A model generated the notes under the pieces. It worked only from the letters and a program-made list of their open reading frames with translations, was not told where the DNA came from and did no database searches. A DNA stretch of 64,000 bases, taken from IMG/VR virus record IMGVR_UViG_3300043104_000334, one strand, 5' to 3'. The stretch's first letter is position 1; every line of letters begins with the position of its first letter. The position numbers and the translations under genes were made by a program. Of this stretch, positions 57,038-64,000 are shown piece after piece. Source of the stretch: a virus (Duplodnaviria; Caudoviricetes).

Positions 57038-58027
57038 TTAAACTATATCATACTGAACTTTTGCTAACCATTTACGAACTTTTTTTCCAGCGGGATATTT
57101 ATAGTTTCTTATGAGCAATAATAAGAAATTCCATTTTAAAGGTGTTAATTTTCCGATATAAAAAATTAAGGATTCCATATTAGGGAAATCGGGTAAGTAT
57201 TGTTCAATTTCATTAATCATTTCTTTCGTTACAGGTTTACTTGGCGCTTCATAATTTAAGGTATTTAAGGCAGAAAAACATTTGCCAATAGGACGACTGT
57301 ATATTCTCTTACGCTTGAGATTTTCATATTCATTTTCTAATCGTACAGTGTCGGCATATACTAACTCTTTAAGTATAAATCCAATTTCATTGTAATATGT
57401 ATATAAACATTCTACATTATGATATAAAAATGATAAATTGGTTTTATCCATTTTTTCCTCTAAGTAAATACATACATCGTCAGAATAATCACAATCACTA
57501 TCATTATAAATCCATTTATCAGTTGTAAAAGTATCATGTAATTCTTGGATATCCTTAATATCAAGACTTGGTAAAATATTGCTTACCTGCTCCTTGGAAT
57601 ACAATACGATATTATCTTCATTTGTAAATCTTTTCAAAAATTCTGTTAATGCAAAAATTTTTTTTAATTCGAGGTTTGCTTTTAATGTGATAACAAACTT
57701 CGAAGAATTTTTTTCCATGATAATTTCAAGTAAGGCTCGAATATGTTTTGCAGAGGGATTTCTATTTTTTCCAATGTCATATATTTCTGCTTTTAGGCTT
57801 TCAAGGGATACTTTAGAAGTTTCATTTTTTTCAGCTAGAGCGAATGCTCTCTTTGCTACCTCATAAGGCTTAATCTTGTACAAGGATAGCAGGTTATCCC
57901 ATTCTTCTCTACTACAAGCAGGGGGGTTAATTAGACTATTAAGTTTAAGTGTATTAATCCATCTATCAATATAGTCAAATTTAATTGAATGTAGAATATC
58001 GGAAATTAGCGCATCTTTTTTATCCAT
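57038..58027 (-). CDS. Very AT-rich cargo protein of unknown function (329 aa)
   Basis: GGAGG RBS; transcribed divergently from the mobilization operon. Confidence 0.75.
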   Translation of the reverse strand: MDKKDALISDILHSIKFDYIDRWINTLKLNSLINPPACSREEWDNLLSLYKIKPYEVAKRAFALAEKNETSKVSLESLKAEIYDIGKNRNPSAKHIRALLEIIMEKNSSKFVITLKANLELKKIFALTEFLKRFTNEDNIVLYSKEQVSNILPSLDIKDIQELHDTFTTDKWIYNDSDCDYSDDVCIYLEEKMDKTNLSFLYHNVECLYTYYNEIGFILKELVYADTVRLENEYENLKRKRIYSRPIGKCFSALNTLNYEAPSKPVTKEMINEIEQYLPDFPNMESLIFYIGKLTPLKWNFLLLLIRNYKYPAGKKVRKWLAKVQYDIV

Positions 58028-58166
58028 ATTTTAAATCCTCCAAATGCTGTTTTTTTTTAATGTTGCTAACTGGGACATAGAAACAATATGTTTTACACTA
58101 CAATTACCAGCTGGAAACAAAATAATAATAACAATCAAATTATAATTTAACAAGGAGGAAACATTA

Positions 58167-58508
58167 ATGGAAGTAACAAGTATTACTTTAACACCGAAAC
58201 AGATCATAGGAAATGCAGAGGGGACGGGTTTATTAACTCGTATGTCGGCAGGCTATGATTATGAAGACGGAAAAAGGACTGACAAGCAGACACATATCAA
58301 ATATGAGGTGGTTTGTCCGGATAACCTTTTTGAGAAGATAATAGTAAAAGTTCCTGGGGTAAAGCCTGTAGTCACACTAGAGCAACTCGAACAGCAGAGG
58401 GGAAAGATTACGATTAAGTTCAAAAATCTTACCGGAAAATTTTATCGTAAAAATAGCGGAGAATACGCACTCTCATGTAGTGCAGAAAGCGCGGAGGTGA
58501 TTGCATAA
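58167..58508 (+). CDS. Small OB-fold-like ssDNA-binding/relaxosome accessory protein (DUF961/YdcP-like)
   Basis: YDYEDGKRTD..Y..FEKIIVKVPG..IKFKNL pattern; first gene of the mobilization operon. Confidence 0.6.
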   Translation: MEVTSITLTPKQIIGNAEGTGLLTRMSAGYDYEDGKRTDKQTHIKYEVVCPDNLFEKIIVKVPGVKPVVTLEQLEQQRGKITIKFKNLTGKFYRKNSGEYALSCSAESAEVIA

Positions 58509-59314
58509 TGGAGATTATAGAACTTTTTGTTGCAATAATAACTTTCCCGATAACTTGGTTTTGGGAGCATTTTGAGCGGTACAAGGATGAAAATAGCATC
58601 TGGAAGATTATTCTGCTTTTTGCAGGCTCGCTAACAGGGCTGGTATTGTTCTGTGGTACTTCCATTTGGCTTATAGCTTATCTTTTGGAGTACCATTTTG
58701 AATGGGTGGTAATTGCCGGACTTATCATATGGTTATATGCCTATGTAAAATCAAAAATGGATAAGAAAAAAGCTGAAAATACCATGCAGGAAGTAGTGCC
58801 GGTAATAGACAGTTCTCTTGCAGAATTACAGACACAAGCAGAAAAAGGTTATCCGTTCATGAGAAACATAATCTATCAGACTGCAAAGAACGTAGCACCG
58901 GATATTGGTGGAATTGTACCAAGGTTATTGCAGGAAATAGAAATACCCGATGGGCATTATGTATTAGCTCATAAGGTTTGTTTCTATCAGTTTAAGTTGG
59001 ATAAAGCAGACATAAGGATGCAGTACCAGCTTGATGACCTTTTTGAATTTAAACTGCAATTTCAGAACGTGTGCGCTCGCCTAATTGGTGCAGGAAATTT
59101 TCCAACTTTGCAGATGCAAAACTACATGGATGCTTATGGAAATTGGCATGATGCTGTTTGCATTGATGTGATAGAGGACGTTGGAAATACCTTTATTATT
59201 CAAGCGGTATTTGCGTCCCCTGCTTATGCAGAGTACCTGCATCAGATACAGCTAAATCAGCAAGGGGGAAACATAGATACATCTGTACCGGATGCTGAAT
59301 GGGGCAATCACTAA
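58508..59314 (+). CDS. Membrane protein (2-3 TM) of the mobilization module
   Basis: N-terminal TM helices; TAATG coupling on both sides. Confidence 0.75.
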   Translation: MEIIELFVAIITFPITWFWEHFERYKDENSIWKIILLFAGSLTGLVLFCGTSIWLIAYLLEYHFEWVVIAGLIIWLYAYVKSKMDKKKAENTMQEVVPVIDSSLAELQTQAEKGYPFMRNIIYQTAKNVAPDIGGIVPRLLQEIEIPDGHYVLAHKVCFYQFKLDKADIRMQYQLDDLFEFKLQFQNVCARLIGAGNFPTLQMQNYMDAYGNWHDAVCIDVIEDVGNTFIIQAVFASPAYAEYLHQIQLNQQGGNIDTSVPDAEWGNH

Positions 59315-60048
59315 TGAGGTGGGGATATATAGCAGGAGCCGGTGGAAAACCGCCGGTTCCCCTATTCCTTCCGGTAGAGAGCTATTGTCATGTACTGATA
59401 ACGGGGACGAGTGGATCGGGCAAGTCTTATGCACTCATGTATCTTTTAGGATGTCTGTTGCAGGATATACCAGAAATAGATGTGTATTTCTGCGATTTTA
59501 AAAACTCGGAGGATTTTGCCTTTTTGAAAGGCTATCCTCATTATTATAGCGGGAATGATTGCTATAAGGGAGTTATGGCATACTATGAAAGTTTTTGTAA
59601 TGCCCGGACAGCAGGAAAAACAGCAAGAAGACATATTCTCATATTTGATGAATACCCAGCATTTATAAACTATTTATCGACAAAGGATAAGCAGGATAGG
59701 ACAAAGAATGCCGGGGATATTTTAGGGGCTGTTGCAGAAATTTTAATGCTCGGCAGGGGTATCCAATATGGAATATGGATTGTTACTCAAAGAGCGGATG
59801 CGTCCCTGTTTTCGAATGGTGCAAGGGATAATTTTATGATAGTGCTGGGACTTGGAAGAATGAGTAAAGAGCAAAAAGGTATGGTTTTTTCCGGAGAAGA
59901 GTTGCCAGACAAAATCTATCATCAAGGAGAAGGCTGCCTTTTAGCAGACGGACACCCATTGTATGAGGTTGCTTATCCGCGCATACGAAATAGTATTGAC
60001 TGGAAGAAACATATCAAAGAAATATTGATGAAACATTGTAACGAATAG
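59314..60048 (+). CDS. FtsK/SpoIIIE (TcpA-like) ATPase, candidate coupling protein (start revised to the TAATG overlap)
   Basis: HVLITGTSGSGKS, CDFK, ILIFDEY, GRGIQ, VTQRADA..RDNF. Confidence 0.85.
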   Translation: MRWGYIAGAGGKPPVPLFLPVESYCHVLITGTSGSGKSYALMYLLGCLLQDIPEIDVYFCDFKNSEDFAFLKGYPHYYSGNDCYKGVMAYYESFCNARTAGKTARRHILIFDEYPAFINYLSTKDKQDRTKNAGDILGAVAEILMLGRGIQYGIWIVTQRADASLFSNGARDNFMIVLGLGRMSKEQKGMVFSGEELPDKIYHQGEGCLLADGHPLYEVAYPRIRNSIDWKKHIKEILMKHCNE

Positions 60049-60053
60049 ACTAC

Positions 60054-60129
60054 TCCCCGGCTTGCCCCTGCCAAGGGCAAGGGGCAAAGACCGGGGAAAG
60101 GTGTCTAGGGAAGTATTACCTAGACACCT
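60054..60129 (+). promoter_or_regulatory. Rolling-circle origin (dso/oriT): GC-rich hairpin plus a stem-loop with the nonanucleotide AAGTATTAC
   Basis: AGGTGTCTAGG (60099-60109) / CCTAGACACCT (60119-60129) with AAGTATTAC at 60111-60119; nested inverted repeat at 60054-60097. Confidence 0.85.
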
Positions 60130-60160
60130 CTGTCGCATGTAGCAAGGAGGTTAAAATAAA

Positions 60161-60331
60161 ATGAATATAATAGATGAACTATTGGATAGAAGAGAAGTTC
60201 ATGAGCTGATTGATGAAATTAGAGATGAACTTAAAGAGCGAAGACTGTATAGAGAAGAGTATTTCTCTAAAATGGATGACTTGATTAATTGCTTGAATAA
60301 AATATCTGAACAAGATAAGGAGGAACCCTAA
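60161..60331 (+). CDS. Small helical hypothetical protein (56 aa)
   Basis: Not in the track; AAGGAGG RBS; MNIIDELLDRREVHELIDEIRDEL...; TAATG overlap with rep. Confidence 0.7.
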   Translation: MNIIDELLDRREVHELIDEIRDELKERRLYREEYFSKMDDLINCLNKISEQDKEEP

Positions 60332-61329
60332 TGGATGAAGATGTATGTCGTATACAGAGCCGCAAATGGCAATTAACGATAAATAACCCATTGGAAAAGG
60401 GATGTACACATGATGCAATTAAAAAGAACGTCTGTACCTTGAAATCACTCCGTTACTTTTGCTTGAGTGATGAAGTAGCAAAGACCCACCATACCCATGT
60501 ATATTTGCTTTTTCAATCTCCCGTAAGATTCAGTACAATAAAGAAATTGTTTCCAGAAGCTCATATAGAAAAGGCATATGGTTCTTCGGTACAGAACAGA
60601 GACTATGTTTTTAAGGAAGGGGAAAAGTGGTCGAAGGATAAAAAGAAAGAGACAAATCTTCCGGATACTCATGAAGAATGGGGAGAATTACCGAAAGAAC
60701 GGCAAGGGGAAAGAAATGATTTGACGGCTCTCTATGAGATGATTTCAGAAGGGAAAAGCAACTTTGATATACTGGAAGAGCAACCTCAATTTATATCCCA
60801 GCTTGAGCGTATGGATAAAGTAAGGCAGATTATACAGGAAGAAAACTATAAAGAGGTTTTTCGTAAATTAGAAGTAGCATACTTGTATGGCGATACCGGA
60901 ACCGGAAAGACACGCAGTATTATGGAACAGTACGGCTATACAAACGTATTTCGGGTAACGAATTATAAACACCCTTTTGACCAGTACAAAGGGCAGGATG
61001 TTATCATGTTTGAGGAATTTCAGAGCTCCATTCCTATCAATCAAATGCTGATATATCTTGACGGATATCCAGTTACCCTTCCATGCAGATATTCGGATAA
61101 AGTTGCTTGCTATACGAAAGCATATATTCTGTCGAACATAGACCTAAAGGAACAGTACCCGGACACACAAATCTACAGCCCGGAAACATGGAATGCCTTT
61201 TTAAGACGCATACACAGGGTACAGGTCTTTCGGAATGGTCAGGTAGAAACATACAGCTTATTTAATTATCTGAACGAATTTCACATGTTGACAGCAGAGC
61301 AGACATCTTTTTGCCCGTTTAAGGAGTAG
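60331..61329 (+). CDS. rep: CRESS-type rolling-circle Rep (HUH endonuclease + superfamily 3 helicase)
   Basis: Motif I WQLTINNP, motif II HHTHVY, motif III NRDYVFK, Walker A GDTGTGKT, Walker B IMFEEF, motif C ILSN, arginine finger AFLRRI. Confidence 0.92.
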   Translation: MDEDVCRIQSRKWQLTINNPLEKGCTHDAIKKNVCTLKSLRYFCLSDEVAKTHHTHVYLLFQSPVRFSTIKKLFPEAHIEKAYGSSVQNRDYVFKEGEKWSKDKKKETNLPDTHEEWGELPKERQGERNDLTALYEMISEGKSNFDILEEQPQFISQLERMDKVRQIIQEENYKEVFRKLEVAYLYGDTGTGKTRSIMEQYGYTNVFRVTNYKHPFDQYKGQDVIMFEEFQSSIPINQMLIYLDGYPVTLPCRYSDKVACYTKAYILSNIDLKEQYPDTQIYSPETWNAFLRRIHRVQVFRNGQVETYSLFNYLNEFHMLTAEQTSFCPFKE

Positions 61330-61335
61330 ATGCCT

Positions 61336-61506
61336 ATGGAAAGAAGACTGCTGTCTCTCAAAGAATTGTGTGACTATCTGGGAATCGGAGAAACTAAAGC
61401 AAGGGAGTTAGTAAGAGGGCATAATGGGTTCGGGGTACGGATTGGTAATCGCTGGTATGCCGATAAAAATAAGTTGGATCAATGGCTAGAGAAAATGGCT
61501 GTTTAG
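61336..61506 (+). CDS. xis: Excisionase-like HTH protein (56 aa)
   Basis: Not in the track; MERRLLSLKELCDYLGIGETKARELV..RIGNRWYADKNKLDQWL; directly upstream of the integrase. Confidence 0.85.
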   Translation: MERRLLSLKELCDYLGIGETKARELVRGHNGFGVRIGNRWYADKNKLDQWLEKMAV

Positions 61507-61507
61507 A

Positions 61508-61537
61508 TTGAAAACAGGGGGTTTGCGGTAGTATACT
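61508..61537 (+). promoter_or_regulatory. Putative sigma-A promoter of the integrase
   Basis: TTGAAA-N18-TATACT, overlapping an imperfect inverted repeat (AGGGGGTTTG..GTAGT / ACTAC..CAAACTCCCT). Confidence 0.4.
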
Positions 61538-61593
61538 GATAAAGACACAACTACACAAACTCCCTTTGATTTACCGAAGAAAGGAGCGCTGGA

Positions 61594-62736
61594 ATGGGTA
61601 AATCATTAAAGGGGAAAGAATTGGGTAAAGGAATTACCCAGCGTAAAGATGGAGGGTTTCAAGCGAGATTTATCAATAGATTTGGCAAGAGACAGACTAT
61701 TTACGCAAAAACATATAATGAAATTTCAAAGAAATTAAGAGATGAGCAGTATGAGGATGATAGGCAACTAAATGTGGTCACTAGCAACATGACGCTGGAT
61801 GAGTGGTTTGATAAATGGCTTGATACCTGCAAAAAACATTGCAGAGATACCACCAAACGAACATATCAGATTCAGTACAATCGCTTGCGAAAAAATCTCG
61901 GATGGAGAAAATTAACGAGATTGAATCTGGTGGTTATACAAGATGCATTTAATGAGTTGGCAACAGATAATATGCGCTGTGATTGTAAGTCGTTACTGGT
62001 TGATATTCTTAATCGCGCGGTTGAAACTGACCTCTTGGTTAAAAATGTGGCGGTGGGTGTTAATCCGATTATTGACAATGCAGAAAAAGAAGAGAAAAGG
62101 ATTCTTAGTGATGAAGAAGTGGAAATACTTCTTGATACTTCAAAAGGCGGTCAGTTGTATCCGTTCTTTGTTCTTGGACTTGGAACAGGCATGAGAATGG
62201 GCGAAATGTTAGGGCTGACTTGGGATTGTGTCGACTTTGAAAGCGGAATCATTAAGGTGGAGAAAACACTTTGTTATCTGCCGAATGATGGCGTTGCGCA
62301 GTATGAATTTCATGCTCCCAAAACTAAAGCAGGAAAGCGAAGTATTCCAATGACACGGGAGGTTAGGGATGTACTTCTGGAACAGAAAGCATGGAAAGAA
62401 CGTGTTGCGGTTCGTCATGATCCGCGTGTCGGGATGGAGAATCTTGTATTTTGCAGTAAGACAAACAATCCCATCAATGAGGCGAATGTCAGAGGGGCTA
62501 TCCGTTATCTGGTTAAGAGGATTAACCGAGAACATCCAGACCAGAATTTTGAGCCGTTTACGCCGCATGGGTTAAGACATACCTTTGCAACTAAGGCGAT
62601 TGCAAAGGGAATGCGTCCGAAAACCTTGCAAAAGATTCTCGGTCATAATTCCCTGCAAATGACAATGGATTTATATTGCCATGTTGAAGACTGTACGCTC
62701 AAAGAAGAAATGTCGCTCTTGGGCGAAGTGGTGTAA
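61594..62736 (+). CDS. int: Tyrosine recombinase/integrase with Tn916-like N-terminal arm-binding domain
   Basis: GMRMGE (R), PKT (K), HGLRHT (HxxR), LGH, TMDLY (Y). Confidence 0.95.
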   Translation: MGKSLKGKELGKGITQRKDGGFQARFINRFGKRQTIYAKTYNEISKKLRDEQYEDDRQLNVVTSNMTLDEWFDKWLDTCKKHCRDTTKRTYQIQYNRLRKNLGWRKLTRLNLVVIQDAFNELATDNMRCDCKSLLVDILNRAVETDLLVKNVAVGVNPIIDNAEKEEKRILSDEEVEILLDTSKGGQLYPFFVLGLGTGMRMGEMLGLTWDCVDFESGIIKVEKTLCYLPNDGVAQYEFHAPKTKAGKRSIPMTREVRDVLLEQKAWKERVAVRHDPRVGMENLVFCSKTNNPINEANVRGAIRYLVKRINREHPDQNFEPFTPHGLRHTFATKAIAKGMRPKTLQKILGHNSLQMTMDLYCHVEDCTLKEEMSLLGEVV

Positions 62737-62828
62737 AAGTGGTGTAGAAGCAATACGAGGGATTGAAAAAATCCCGTAAAATCAAGGGAAAAACGGCTAT
62801 TCACTTGAAGTTTTTCATTTTTCAAGTG
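62726..62828. repeat. Candidate att-right region: arm-type direct repeats and a core-like inverted repeat
   Basis: AAGTGGTGTA at 62726 and 62737; CACTTGAA (62802) - 11 nt - TTCAAGTG (62821). Confidence 0.5.
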
Positions 62829-62889
62829 TGTGAGGAGAAATAGATGGATAGAATTGCAGAAAATCATGGATATGCTTGTGGGATTATGT

Positions 62890-63192
62890 TTAGAATTTGC
62901 TCGGCGTATACCGTACTGTGACGATATGCACCTCCTTCTTTTCTTTCAGCACACGGTAGATGATACAATAATTTTTAACGAATAACTGGCGGTAATCTCC
63001 GTTGGCATAAGCCCCAACATGGCGGATTGCGCCACGTTCGGGTAATTGTTCCAAACTAAAAATCGCTTTTTCAAGTTCATCAACCATGTTCAAAGCCGTA
63101 CGGGGTGCTAAAAGGGTTTCAGCAATATAGGTATAGATATCGTCTAAATCCCGGTAAGCGCGGGCATAGAGCTTTACATCATATTTATCCAA
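62890..63192 (-). CDS. RelE/ParE-family toxin (TTG start at 63192)
   Basis: YDVKLYARAYRDLDDIYTYIA..LEQLPERG..YRQLFVKNYCIIYRV; overlaps the antitoxin stop. Confidence 0.9.
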   Translation of the reverse strand: MDKYDVKLYARAYRDLDDIYTYIAETLLAPRTALNMVDELEKAIFSLEQLPERGAIRHVGAYANGDYRQLFVKNYCIIYRVLKEKKEVHIVTVRYTPSKF

Positions 63193-63448
63193 AGTGCTTC
63201 CTCCGTAAAGAGGAAAGAGCTTCCCTTGCGTCCAGTAGAACACCGTCGGTAGCATATTCTTTTTCGGCTTCGCTGATAGCTGCATCCGTCCTCGCTGTTT
63301 CGGTCATTTCTTCATATGTTTCAATGCTCATAATCACTAAATCACCGTAGCCGTTCTTGGTGATAAAAAGCGGCTCCCGCCTTGCATGGCAAAGCTCGGA
63401 AATTTCAGTAGTATTTCTAAGGTCGGTAATCGGTCTAATTTGCGGCAT
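63185..63448 (-). CDS. Phd/YefM-family antitoxin
   Basis: IRPITDLRN..EPLFITKNGYGDLVIMSIETYE; AAGGAGG RBS. Confidence 0.92.
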   Translation of the reverse strand: MPQIRPITDLRNTTEISELCHARREPLFITKNGYGDLVIMSIETYEEMTETARTDAAISEAEKEYATDGVLLDAREALSSLRRKHFG

Positions 63449-63596
63449 ATAACACGCCTCCTTTCTTGTACGTTATTATAGCAGAATTTTGCGCAAGTGA
63501 CAAGGCGCTTATGCCGGTGACGGCAAATACTGTGGAAGCCGCAGCTGCCCTTCAACATTCATCCCAGCGAAATCCCCCACGAAGTCGGATTAGCGC

Positions 63597-63630
63597 AAAA
63601 AAACATTCGGATTCTTCGGATGTTTTTTTT
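63597..63630 (+). terminator. Rho-independent (possibly bidirectional) terminator
   Basis: AAAAAAACATTCGGA-TTC-TTCGGATGTTTTTTTT with G-U pairs. Confidence 0.65.
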
Positions 63631-63784
63631 GTGCCCAGGCATTAGAATAAAGCTACCAATCAGAGGGGAGTATGGGAAGCCATCCATAGACATACAGGAA
63701 TAAAGTACCATAACTGGATGCAAAAGAGGGCGGTTATCGTACCAGGGGACTACGCAGGCTGGATAGAGAAATCAGGTGTGAGAC

Positions 63785-64000
63785 ATGAATGCAGAATGGG
63801 AGAACACCCTGCGGCAGGCCATCGAGATTCTGAAGGAGACGAGGGCGACAGCAGAGAGTAATGTCAATAACATGTACTGGACGAACGTCAGGATGAACAA
63901 CAATCGCAGACAGTTTGCCCCCGGAGAACTGGCAAAGGGAGAAGAACTCGAGAGAGAATTGAGCAGTCTGGTCGATATTTATGACCGGATGATCACGATA
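63785..64000 (+). CDS. 5' part of a hypothetical protein (runs off the window)
   Basis: MNAEWENTLRQAIEILKETRATAESNVNNMYWTNVR... open to the end of the window; AGGTG upstream. Confidence 0.55.
   Translation, partial: MNAEWENTLRQAIEILKETRATAESNVNNMYWTNVRMNNNRRQFAPGELAKGEELERELSSLVDIYDRMITI

Larger units (their letters stand above)
57030..62830 (+). mobile_element. Integrative mobilizable element / integrated pCRESS-like replicon (left att end not identified)
   Basis: OB-fold-like gene, membrane protein, FtsK/TcpA-like ATPase, stem-loop origin, HUH+SF3 Rep, xis, tyrosine integrase, arm-type repeats. Confidence 0.85.

Noticed and set aside
57025-62870. TTACAGAAATTA (57029) versus TTGCAGAAAATCA (62854) as attL/attR cores
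   Set aside because: Short, AT-rich and mismatched, and the interrupted gene does not resume after the right-hand copy.
63855-63910. AAC/AAT-rich tract reminiscent of a DGR template region
   Set aside because: Too short, lies inside an open reading frame, and has no matching variable repeat in the window.

Overview
The window has three parts. (1) Bases 1 to ~57030 are an AT-rich, gene-dense block in which essentially every real gene lies on the minus strand. It looks like part of a very large Bacillota (Clostridia/Lachnospiraceae-like, inferred) megaplasmid or ICE-type element. It has its own replication genes (DnaB-like helicase, DnaC-like loader, RNase H), an atypical T4SS-like module (VirB4-like ATPase, six candidate cell-wall hydrolases, three large membrane proteins of 515-1946 aa) and accessory genes. 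Two architectures stand out. The first is four 'conserved membrane anchor + swapped catalytic domain' hydrolase genes, each followed by a small membrane partner with a shared YxxY(V/I)..(D/E) motif, which resembles a polymorphic effector/immunity set. The second is a 12.4-kb tandem array of 11 hexapeptide-repeat (left-handed beta-helix) paralogs. Nine of them carry a short N-terminal LLxAA leader that is also present on two unrelated proteins, suggesting a dedicated targeting peptide. (2) Bases ~57030-62830 are a small integrative mobilizable element with a CRESS-virus-like HUH/SF3 Rep, a stem-loop bearing the circovirus-type nonanucleotide AAGTATTAC, an FtsK/TcpA-like ATPase, an excisionase and a tyrosine integrase. 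It abuts the orphan 3' fragment of a gene from block 1. (3) Bases 62890-64000 are more GC-rich and hold a Phd/RelE toxin-antitoxin pair and a partial ORF. I found no rRNA, tRNA or CRISPR array. All family calls come from reading motifs by eye, not from database searches. Several start codons were adjusted from the ORF track using ribosome-binding sites.
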